This document shows positions 11,478-20,733 of a stretch of DNA of 24,922 nucleotides, piece after piece; position 1 is the first letter of the stretch; each line of letters starts with the position of its first letter. Source of the DNA: Blastocystis sp. subtype 4 (lineage: Eukaryota); assembly GCF_000743755.1 (NCBI RefSeq), contig NW_014569538.1, forward strand, positions 62,001-86,922. The letters are read 5' to 3'. Made by a program: the position numbers and the translations under genes. The notes beneath the pieces were generated by a model, which was not told the DNA's origin, searched no databases, and saw only the letters and a program-made list of their open reading frames with translations.

Positions 11478-11550
11478 GGGGGTGTAGCTCAGATGGTAGA
11501 GCGCTCGCTTAGCATGCGAGAGGTAAGGGGATCGATGCCCCTCTCCTCCA
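11478..11550 (+). tRNA. tRNA-Ala(AGC)
   Basis: 73-nt cloverleaf. Acceptor GGGGGTG/CTCCTCC-A with G3:U70 and a U6:U67 mismatch; D arm GCTC/GAGC; anticodon arm CTCGC-TTAGCAT-GCGAG; T arm AGGGG-ATCGATG-CCCCT. T-runs downstream fit a Pol III terminator. Confidence 0.97.
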
Positions 11551-11596
11551 ACTTTTCTTTTCGTTATAACAGCGAATACCACAATCTCTTATTGGC

Positions 11597-11604
11597 AACA
11601 AACA
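11597..11604 (-). terminator. TGTTTGTT 3'-end motif of Vps16
   Basis: The minus strand reads AAG TAA GAA TGTTTGTT, so the predicted cleavage falls inside the stop codon. Confidence 0.75.
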
Positions 11605-11607
11605 TTC

Positions 11608-14497
11608 TTACTTATTACCTTCAATTGTTGCAATAGCCACCTTCACTTCCGCTTTCAACGAATCATTCCGAGATGAATTAAGAATCTTCATTAACGTATT
11701 GACATCTCTTAATTTCACCGCACAAGGAAAAGCTCCTTCATACATATTCCACTTCATTGCAGTGTTCATTCGTTCTTCATCATTCTTTATCTTTGGTAAA
11801 TAGGTGGCAGCTTCATGTAAGTTCTTCATTCCAGCACAAGCATCCACAAATGGGATATATCCAATAGGACTCTTCTTCTCTGCTAAGACAGCCAATGCAT
11901 CATACATCTCTGCTTCAGCTAATGCTTTCACTTTAATTCGCCAATAACGCTTATCTGCAACTTTGAATGCCTTTGCCATGGCATCCGCAATATCAACCTT
12001 ATTGCTTAGAATGGCATAGCGAATACATTCAACAATTGTCATATTCGCACAATCCATTGTTTTAGTAATGTGAATAAGTTTGAGTTTGTAATCAATTAGA
12101 GTCATCTCATCTTGTAAGCTCTATGGATCAATCATCATCATCATGATACGAACATGAACATAGAACTGCAAATCTTTCCTTCCTGCATTCACTACATTAG
12201 TCATAATACCCTTGATTTTTGCCAAAGCTTCCTTCCTCTTTGTAAGATCCAGTTGATGATAGGCATCAATAACAAGAAGATTGAAGACATCATCGTATCG
12301 AAGTAACGCATTCATCACATTCAATAAGCGATTGACATTGGACTGTTGCAAATAGAACAGCCATGAATTGAAGATTCGAGGAAAATGACGAAGTAACTCC
12401 AATAACTTCTCAGGCACAGTTTCTTCTAACCCTAATATGCTTCATTCACCCATACCCTTATCATACAGCGCCAAAGCTACTACCATCATCAAATCACTGT
12501 CATTACTATTGGCTGCAGTACGTAAAGCAAGCTGCAATTCACCCATACGTAGGAGTAATGGAATCTACTTGACATATCATCCTCATTCTTACTCGATCTG
12601 CTCGTCGAGGTTCAAACTCCAATAACATTGTTGCTAATCGCTTCCGATTCACTTCATAAGCCACCATAGCTATGTCCTTGTACGAAATATTAGTATATTC
12701 CTTCAGATTCTCACGAATCTGATCACGACATGCCTCATCACTCAAGTCACCAGAACGACGAATCTTCTGACAGGCCCAATCAATGAGAACGAAGTCAGGA
12801 GATAGCTGAAGATAAGAACAGATCTTAAGAGCAAGGAAATAGAGATGACGACATAGTAGACGACGTATTACAGCTTCTGCTCCTAAGTACTGGTACTGAC
12901 GATAAGTAAGGAACATGGCCACAGAAGGATCTCGCAGAGTATTCAGGACTCGTAACGTATGAGACACTTCTTGGAAGCGAGTTGTGATTGATACAGTTTC
13001 TGGCTCCTTTGGCACAGTTTCTGACTCCTGCTCAGTTTCAGCATTCTCAGATGTCACCTCAACTCCATCTAAGAAACACTTGCCAAATTTGGCAGAACGC
13101 AGAAGTTCCTCTTGCTGGATGGTTGATAATTCCTCTTCGGCTGCCTCCAGACACTCCATCACTCCTTCCTGAAGAATATGATGTTCTTCAGGAATCTCAC
13201 CTCGCAACAACCGAACATTTCCAACGTGTTGAATGAATTGTTCATGAGACTGACGCAACTGCGCACCACAACTATCATCCTGACCAGAATAGACATGACA
13301 GATGGCCGGTGGAACCTATACATCAAATCCGCATTTATTTACGAACACAACGAATGATTTCATGTTTTAAGGATGAATACACACGCAATGAATCACACTC
13401 AGTAACCAAGAACAAAGTATCCTCCTTATCATAGGTATACTTCAACCAATCAGCAAAAGGATTGATCAGCAATAATCCTACGGTTCTCCAATACAAAACA
13501 ACACTATCATCTCCACACCATGCAAAACCGCGGGGAGCCACACGACAATCTGTGTTCTTTCCAACAATCTTCTCGGTGAAGTTCCTGTCAAAGACATCCA
13601 TCCAACCCTCATCGCTGAAACTAGCAACATAGTCATTGCTGGCCGAAGGAGTGAGAGCAATGACATGTCCTTGGATTCGTCCCTATATATGATCTATTCG
13701 GTATGAAAATGACAGCTATATTGATCTCAGTAATCGAATCGAAAGCTACGAAGTACATACTCTGATCCATACAGGAGACAACAAACTCCACTTTGTTGGA
13801 TTCATTATTTCGCGCCTCAAATACACAAGAACATTCAACACGGTTTCCAGCTACAATAGGAAGATCAGGATAGGTAGTCACAACGGGTTCGACTCCGCTA
13901 CAGTCAACGTACAATCTTTTGTTGAAAGATAACTTCATCCCTTACACGTGGTTATTCTTCGAAAAGGCGACAAAACCATCTTCAGTTGTATTAGCATTAA
14001 ATACGACATCTGAAAGGGTTTCCTTGAACAATTTCATCTGATGCAAAACCTCTCCTGTATTGGAAAAGACAACATATTGACCATCTTCAAAGACAATGAA
14101 TAACTTCTCTGTAGAGGTCCAACCCATCACCGAAACACGTGTATACTGCCAATCCTTTCCCGGAATCTGCGCAATCTACGTAAACACAATCTTTGCTAAA
14201 ATACCTTCTTTCCACAAGAATCATATATTAGAATGTCTGTAGTCAAGTCTACATCACAGTTCATAGGTAATGTTTCATCTGAATTCCACTTCAATGCTAT
14301 CGGTCCTAGAAGAATTAGAACGAACACTGAAAATAGAACCTACCACTATATTTCCCACATGCAGCTTTGTAGCAATCTAAAGATAGTCCAGACCAACCCA
14401 TAGGTTCCTGAACTGTCACTTGTTGATATAGCACGTAGCGCTCCTCGTCTCCAAGTACCTGCCACTCGGAACTATCGTTTCCAGGGACGAAATCCAT
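11608..14497 (-). CDS. VPS16: Vacuolar protein sorting 16 (HOPS/CORVET subunit), 8 introns
   Basis: N-terminal W..L...Y...MGW...YSGPIA, then FAWCGDDSV, QEELLRSAKFGK, LRVLNTLR, YQYLGAEAVIRRL, LIDWACQKI, ISYKDIA...LATMLLEFEPR and FKVADKRYWRIKVKALA...KKSPIGYIPFVDAC. All junctions are canonical GT-AG. Confidence 0.93.
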
Positions 14498-14575
14498 CTA
14501 TCTACGTTGTTTTGGACAAAAAAGAAACACACAGAAAATGGGACTATTATTAGAATTCAACTATAAGACGGGATT

Positions 14576-15864
14576 TCAATGCACTTTCGCAGCTACATCA
14601 TCCACACCAAACTTCATCCGCGTGTTGCTGCTCACAAGATCTCTGACTTCATTGAAGAAGGGGTGCATCATGGCTTCTTTGGCCGTTGGACGAAGCATAT
14701 GATCATACTGAAGGAGCCGAGTCAGCAAATCAAGAGCCTCTGGTGTACACTTTGATCGATTGGAGGCTTTGATAAATGTGCTCCATGACACCCGGGGATA
14801 ATCCCTCAGACTTCGTTCATATACCGAAGGCAAATCAAGACCATATCGATCTAGATACTGATGTAATCCCTCAGTTCCCAAAACCTTGCAAATCTTCACC
14901 AGCTGATCGTTATTATCCTCTCCTTTGAACAAAGGTTCTTTACCGAACAACTACAGGTCAACTACAGGTTTGATCATTACAAGGGAACCAAGAAGGCAAC
15001 CAGCAGAGAACATATCCAATGAATAGTCGTAATCCTGAAGAGAGATCAGCAGCTCAGGAGCCTTGTAATAGCGAGATGCCACACGAACGTTGTATTCCTT
15101 TCCTGGGATGTAAAATTCTGCTAAACCCCAATCAATCAACCATAATTCAGGGTAACGACGTGAATTTGTGGGATTCTCTCGATCATCCACCATTGATGCA
15201 TCTTCGGTTCGCTCTTCGTTAGAATATTGTAAAATGATATTCTGGGGCTTGACATCGCGATGAATAATACCGTTTCGATGGGCATAATCCAGAGCCTACG
15301 AAATAGTAGAAACGATCCGAAAGTACCTCAAATAACTGAAATAAAATACATTTGATCTCAAAAAGAGAGAATTTGGTGAATTCGTTCTACAATGAAGAGA
15401 AACATACACCCAAACAATATAATCAACACCCTGGACATACGGAAATACAAGCGCAGGAATATCGGTTTCTTGGTTTTTGACAACATCAAGTAACTAGTTA
15501 TAAGAACAATCATCCACGGTAACAGGGATAATATGTGGTCCGCCATACAGATCCTGAAGTATTTTCACTTCTCTAGAAATCAACACAATAACGATCCCTT
15601 TCCTTTTGATCTTCTTTATACGAACAGGCTTTAGTACTTTAATACAACATTCTCTTCCATTAAAGGTACACACGCCACGATAACAGTCACTGTATTTCCC
15701 TCGACCAACCTTTTTTACTACAACATAGTTTGATGTTTTTCTACACGATAAAAGCAGTCAACTGGAAATAACCCCCATGGGATTTCAAGAGAGTTGTAGT
15801 CCCAATATGAGACAGGTCGGATCAGATTGACATCTCGATAAACCTTTGCTAAACTCATCATCAT
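14576..15864 (-). CDS. CKA1: Casein kinase II alpha-like catalytic subunit (divergent), 6 introns, one apparently GA-AG
   Basis: AKVYRDVN...YWDY...[61 protein letters not shown] and [12 protein letters not shown]. Confidence 0.9.
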
Positions 15865-15951
15865 CAATTGATCATCGAGTCTTTTGTGTTCGGTTATTGT
15901 TGGAAAACCGTGGTTCTGGACACTATTCGGGTTTATTTTACATATACAAGT

Positions 15952-17571
15952 ATGGACTGGATTGGATTGGATTTCGGCTCTGCTCGTATTGTATCCTCCT
16001 ATGAATTGGGTGAAAAGATCTATCTTAATCATCTCAGTCAAGATGATAATCTATTTCCCGTCATCTATGTTGAATCCAACATGATTGGAGATGAGGTCAT
16101 CCCTTTTTCTATCTTGGATCCAAAGAATGTACTGTCACACTTTCAGTTGTTACTGGGAATGCAGTATAATGAAACTGAAACACAGAAGATGAAGCAGTAT
16201 ATCCCAGCAACGCTGATCAATGATGGAAATGATGCTTATGCATATGAGATCCAAAGAGGAAACAAGAAACTTCCCTTGCCTGTCGCAAGTGGTATAGAGT
16301 GGCTTTTCCGAGAAGTGATGAATCTCATTGTACGTGCCGACAAGATCGACGTTGACAACCTTCAGGGAATAGCCATTTCTGTTCCATTAGCATTTAAGAA
16401 TGTTCAGAAGTGTGCTGTTCGAGAAGCAGCTTTGGCTGCAGGTTTTATGAATGTGAGGATTCTTAACGATACACATGCGGCACTCTTATCCCAACAGCAC
16501 AAAATTAAACCAGACGAGAAACGCGCCATATGCATCTGTTGTGATCAGTACTATTGTGGTGCATCGTTCTTCAATTTGGAAGCAGAGGGTGAATGGAAGG
16601 CCGTTCAGCACAAGTACCTAGATACGATCCGATTCCATGATGTGATTCAACGTCTTGCTCAAACACTAACAGATCAGTTATGGAGACAAATTGAACATGA
16701 CTGGCCCAACTCAGGAAGCAAAGATCAGATCTCTCCTGCTGTATTTTTCAAAGTGAGTCGATTGACTTCTCGTGGAACGAAGTTTTCATGTAGTAATGAT
16801 GTTGCTATTCGATATAATGGCCGTGGATATGCTGTACAGTTAGAATGGAACAATCTTCAGATTGCTCTCAAAGAGTTTGCAAATAGACTTGCCTCCGAAG
16901 TGACTTTGTTCTCAAGTCAACAGACATCTGTTGACAAATGCGCTATTATCTGTATTGGAGACTGTTTCAATTACTCTGAAGTTGTCGAAGCCATCACTAA
17001 TGCGTTTCCGACAAAGAATATCATCACTGGTAATACTGCTTCGCTGGCTAGTGGTGCTTTGTTTTCGAGAACTCATTCTCAAATCAATGATGAGGAAGAT
17101 TTGGCGGTTGAGCATCATGAAGTTCATATGAAGAATAAGACTTTGTATCCAATTGGTTTCATTCTATCTAACATTGATAAATCAAAGTCGGATCATCATT
17201 TTACTACGCTTCTTCAAGGTGGTGTAGAACTTCCAATCACTTCTGAGAATGCCATTACTAAGAAATTCTACTTCCCTGAGGATGATCAGTATTGCATGCA
17301 GTTCTATGAGAAGATAAATGATAATGATACAGAATCCTATCGACCTTTCAAAGAGTATATTATTCGAAGAGATGCAGATCATCCTATGTCTTCGATGGAT
17401 AGTATTTTTTGTATTCAATGTACCATGGATGAGGAAGGAATGTTTACACCAAAGATGACATGGAAGGATAATGGTGCTCCAGTTGAGGCTTATGATGTAA
17501 GTGAAAGTGAAGCAAATCTCAAGCGACGGTATGACGCTGCCTCTCTCCTCATTGATATTCGTAATAATTAG
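15952..17571 (+). CDS. Highly divergent Hsp70-superfamily protein (probable pseudo-ATPase), intronless
   Basis: WIGLDFGS (phosphate-1 motif). [38 protein letters not shown] aligns with the Hsp70 VITVPAYF...QR.AT..AG..AGL.V.RIINEPTAAA motif. C-terminal beta-rich SBD-like segment. First ATG at 15952. Confidence 0.75.
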   Translation: MDWIGLDFGSARIVSSYELGEKIYLNHLSQDDNLFPVIYVESNMIGDEVIPFSILDPKNVLSHFQLLLGMQYNETETQKMKQYIPATLINDGNDAYAYEIQRGNKKLPLPVASGIEWLFREVMNLIVRADKIDVDNLQGIAISVPLAFKNVQKCAVREAALAAGFMNVRILNDTHAALLSQQHKIKPDEKRAICICCDQYYCGASFFNLEAEGEWKAVQHKYLDTIRFHDVIQRLAQTLTDQLWRQIEHDWPNSGSKDQISPAVFFKVSRLTSRGTKFSCSNDVAIRYNGRGYAVQLEWNNLQIALKEFANRLASEVTLFSSQQTSVDKCAIICIGDCFNYSEVVEAITNAFPTKNIITGNTASLASGALFSRTHSQINDEEDLAVEHHEVHMKNKTLYPIGFILSNIDKSKSDHHFTTLLQGGVELPITSENAITKKFYFPEDDQYCMQFYEKINDNDTESYRPFKEYIIRRDADHPMSSMDSIFCIQCTMDEEGMFTPKMTWKDNGAPVEAYDVSESEANLKRRYDAASLLIDIRNN

Positions 17572-17573
17572 CT

Positions 17574-17588
17574 TCTTTGTAACAAACA
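17574..17588. terminator. Overlapping 3'-end motifs: TCTTTGTA (+, 17574-17581) and TGTTTGTT (-, 17588-17581)
   Basis: Both flanking TAG stops (17569-17571 and 17593-17591) begin exactly 5 nt upstream of their motif. Only 19 nt separate the two stops. Confidence 0.75.
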
Positions 17589-17590
17589 CA

Positions 17591-18107
17591 CTAAGACATT
17601 AAACCCTCTAAATAATGAATCGCCTATGAATCAAAGTGACATCGAACACCCTACTGAAAAATAGTGTTCTTTCACCTTGTTCACATCATCTGTTTTTGAT
17701 TGAACATCACTACATATGAGATATTTCATATCTATACATTTCTAGTTTTTTAATCTTCTTGTCAATGAAGGCTAATGCCTCATCTAATGTGAATTCCACA
17801 TGAAACCCCAATCCTATATTAACAAAGATATGTTTCCTATCAGGAGTCTTTGCTTGAGCGTACACTTCGGAACCAATGTTTACTAACGATTTGAGTTGTT
17901 TGTCTTGCTCCTTCTTCATAAGAAATATATTCGTTCGTAAAATATCATATTGCTCAAGCTGAGAAGCCGTCTCCTTCAATGATTCCATTTTCATCTCAAG
18001 ACTCGGCTAATACTATACACAAATAAGAAAGAAATCACCTTGATTTTATTATCAATCAAATCCTCGTATTTTCGAATCTGTGCAACCGATATAGGCTCTT
18101 CAGTCAT
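17591..18107 (-). CDS. UXT: Prefoldin alpha-type subunit, UXT-like, 3 introns
   Basis: MTEEPISVAQIRKYEDLIDNKIK|PSLE...LVNIGSEVYAQAKTPDRKHIFVNIGLGFHVEFTLDEALAFIDKK...|AIHYLEGLMS*. The two-hairpin alpha-prefoldin signature is present. Confidence 0.85.
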
Positions 18108-18154
18108 GAGTTTTCTATGTTGACCGAAATGCCGTTTTCATTCACTCCTTGTTA

Positions 18155-20671
18155 ATGAACTTTGACAACATATTCAGTATCGACCTTAGATCAAGGGACA
18201 TCCGAATATCCTATATTCGCAATGGAGATCCAACAAGTGTCCAGTTTCAAGGGTCCGATACGATTCGCAATGCTGTCTTCTATGGAGACGAAATGTGGTT
18301 TGGTATGGATGCGATTACGAAGAGTCAACAAGGTTCAGGTAAACTGATATTGGAACTAAAACGATTGCTGGGTCGTTCTGTTGATGATTCAGATGTTAAG
18401 AGATATATGGAGCAGTATCCAAACGTGATTGATACTTCAAGTGGTCGCATCTCTATTCTTGTTAAGGAGCTAAATGAGGAAGTATCTAAGTTACCTGTAT
18501 CTGTGCTGTCTGATCTGATGTTGTATGCACTTGGAACTGCTCTCGGTGTATCGGGAATGAAATCGATTGACATTATTGCGGTTTCATATCCTGAATCGTT
18601 TTCGGAGCTTCAGAAGAGGGCGTTAATATCTGTATTTACATCACTCCAGATTCCTCAGGTGGAGATTGTATCAGACACTGTAGCTTCCTGTATGTATTAT
18701 TTCGATATCCCTATTGATCGCGATTGCGTGATGATGGTTAACTTTGGATCTCACAACACGAGTCTCTCAATACTCAGTATTAGTGCATCTGTTTACAGTG
18801 TTGAAATAACCCTTGGACTTGATATCGGAGGTGAAGATCTTGTGGAGAATATATCATGTCTCCTCATTGAGAAGCTCTCTCTTACCGATCCTTCACCTTC
18901 AATTCTTGGTTTGATTCGAAAGAAGTCTGCTGAGTTTATGAGAATGTTACAGTCCTCCGAAGTGGTCTCTGATACAGTAGAGGTTGATGGAGTAAAGAAG
19001 GATATTTCGATTACGCGTGAGGAGTTTGTGCACTGTTGCAGTTCTCAACTATCTCTGATTCATGATAAAGTCCAAGGATTATGGGAAGCTGCTACAAACA
19101 AGGAGTGTGTTCCACGGATTGTGACTGTTTGTGGTGAGTTTAAAACTTGTTCCTTTTTAACAGCTGAATTGAAGAAGATTATTGGAGATGTTGCTTTGAG
19201 ACAAGGAAGTGACTATGCGGTCACCTACGGCATGCTTCATTATCTAGCCAATAACTCGAGTGTTCAGGAACGTCATAAGGCTCTCATTGCAGATGGACCT
19301 CTTACATCCTCTCTTGTCACACCTATTGTCCAGCAGAGTTCCAAGTCACCATCTTCTGAGAGTAATCATGTGAAGACGGTGATTGCAGAAATCCCTCTGA
19401 TTTGTGAAGATGATGATGAGTCTCCTCCTGATTTACCAGACTCACTGTTGAAGAAGTCTCCAATTCCAGATCAAATCATCGACGTCTTATCTAATGAATA
19501 TCCTCCTGAAACGTCGGATACCGCTATGTCCGGATCTGCAGAAACCAGTGACACTCTATATGGTTCAATACCTCTAGCGACCCCTACAAAGATCAAATTA
19601 GACCAACATAAGTCATTTACAGTTTCACTGAAACGTTGTACACATATTGGTATCAAACGACAATCCTTCTCACGTCAAAATATTCGTTTCTTAATATTCA
19701 ATACAGATTCACTCCCAATTACTGTCCATGCACAAAATTCCCTTCGGTTTGGAGCAAATAAAGAAATGTATGTAGAGTTGTACGAGGGGACTGAGCCGTA
19801 TGCGGCAAAGTGTAAATTGATTCGGGTATTTCATATGCGGCATGATGATCAACACCCTATGAGTGAGGATGTTAAGATTGTATATTCTGTGTCTGTAGAT
19901 CGGCAGGGACTAGTCTCTGTTAAGTTCATGTGGAAAGATACGGGCATGGCTGTAATTGTGGATAAGGATATGTATGATGATGAGGTTCAGACGTATTTGA
20001 AAGAAAAGAAAAAGAAGCTGGAACAGTTACAGGTCCTTACTGAGAAAAAGAAGGAGAGAGAATTGAAGAGTCAACCAGTTGTACCTCAGCTTTCTCCTGT
20101 GGTTGATAATCCACTTCCTGCACCTCCTCTTCCTGTGACTGGCATTCCATTACCCATGCCTCCTCCTGTATTTCATGATGCACTTCCTACACCTCCTATT
20201 GTTACTACTCCACAACCTAAATCACCAGTGACCAGCACTCCACTTCCTATCCCGCCTCCTCCTCCAGTGATTGAGAATTCACTTCCTGCACCTCCTCTTC
20301 CTATGACTGAAATATCATTGCCCATACCTCCTCCTCCTCCTGTGACTGATACACTTCCTATGCCTCCTCCTCCTCCCCTTCCTCTTCCTATGGTTAATCT
20401 TCCTCTTCCCATACCTCCGACTCCACCTTCACCTAAGCATAACTCCTCTAGTGTTTTGAACACACGTCCTCTTCGTCAAGCCACTCTTTCTGGAAACAGT
20501 AATCTTGTTACGATTGAAGACTATAGAGAGGATTTGCAACGCATCTTGTATAAGTTCAAGAATGAACAACAGAGAAGAATCAGGATGTTTTTATTACGGC
20601 CTCAACTGTCTCTAGCAGAATATCAAGCCTTTCATAAAGAAATGATGGATATGCTAGAAGATGAAGAGTAA
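18155..20671 (+). CDS. Divergent Hsp70-like protein with an acidic linker, SBD-like domain and polyproline tract, intronless
   Basis: FSIDLRS, ELKRLLGRS.DD..V, AVSYPESFSELQKRAL, IVSDTVAS, VNFGS, IGGEDL, ITREEF and ELYEG...SVDRQGLVSV. The PPPP-rich region is at about 20080-20430. Confidence 0.8.
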   Translation: MNFDNIFSIDLRSRDIRISYIRNGDPTSVQFQGSDTIRNAVFYGDEMWFGMDAITKSQQGSGKLILELKRLLGRSVDDSDVKRYMEQYPNVIDTSSGRISILVKELNEEVSKLPVSVLSDLMLYALGTALGVSGMKSIDIIAVSYPESFSELQKRALISVFTSLQIPQVEIVSDTVASCMYYFDIPIDRDCVMMVNFGSHNTSLSILSISASVYSVEITLGLDIGGEDLVENISCLLIEKLSLTDPSPSILGLIRKKSAEFMRMLQSSEVVSDTVEVDGVKKDISITREEFVHCCSSQLSLIHDKVQGLWEAATNKECVPRIVTVCGEFKTCSFLTAELKKIIGDVALRQGSDYAVTYGMLHYLANNSSVQERHKALIADGPLTSSLVTPIVQQSSKSPSSESNHVKTVIAEIPLICEDDDESPPDLPDSLLKKSPIPDQIIDVLSNEYPPETSDTAMSGSAETSDTLYGSIPLATPTKIKLDQHKSFTVSLKRCTHIGIKRQSFSRQNIRFLIFNTDSLPITVHAQNSLRFGANKEMYVELYEGTEPYAAKCKLIRVFHMRHDDQHPMSEDVKIVYSVSVDRQGLVSVKFMWKDTGMAVIVDKDMYDDEVQTYLKEKKKKLEQLQVLTEKKKERELKSQPVVPQLSPVVDNPLPAPPLPVTGIPLPMPPPVFHDALPTPPIVTTPQPKSPVTSTPLPIPPPPPVIENSLPAPPLPMTEISLPIPPPPPVTDTLPMPPPPPLPLPMVNLPLPIPPTPPSPKHNSSSVLNTRPLRQATLSGNSNLVTIEDYREDLQRILYKFKNEQQRRIRMFLLRPQLSLAEYQAFHKEMMDMLEDEE
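20108..20335 (+). repeat. Internal duplication within the polyproline region (168-nt offset)
   Basis: aatccacttcctgcacctcctcttcctgtgactg (20108) versus aattcacttcctgcacctcctcttcctatgactg (20276), encoding NPLPAPPLPVTGIPLPMPPP and NSLPAPPLPMTEISLPIPPP. Confidence 0.8.
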
Positions 20672-20679
20672 TGATAACG

Positions 20680-20695
20680 TCTTTGTTAACAAACA
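20680..20695. terminator. Back-to-back 3'-end motifs: TCTTTGTT (+, 20680-20687) and TGTTTGTT (-, 20695-20688)
   Basis: tctttgtt|aacaaaca is a near-perfect palindrome between the convergent Hsp70-like and MORN genes. Confidence 0.75.
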
Positions 20696-20733
20696 CATTA
20701 ATCATATCAACAAAAGCAAAAACGCAAATATGA

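Noticed and set aside
11526..11547. tRNA T-loop with A54 (ATCG rather than TTCG) and a U6:U67 mismatch, suggesting a pseudogene
   Set aside because: A54 is normal for many eukaryotic tRNA-Ala, and the other arms and the G3:U70 identity pair are intact.
12426..12456. Apparent frame problem or non-canonical donor at a Vps16 junction
   Set aside because: On recount, a canonical 30-nt GT-AG phase-1 intron gives ...LYDK-E-ETVPEK in frame.
15718..16041. ORF-track N-terminal extensions making CK2 and Hsp70-like 1 overlap (starts at 16041 and 15868)
   Set aside because: Homology starts at ATG 15864 and ATG 15952 respectively; the extensions have no homology support, and 15868 is a TTG start.
20173..20463. 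Gly-rich antisense ORF
   Set aside because: It is the mirror of the CCT/CCA proline codons on the plus strand.
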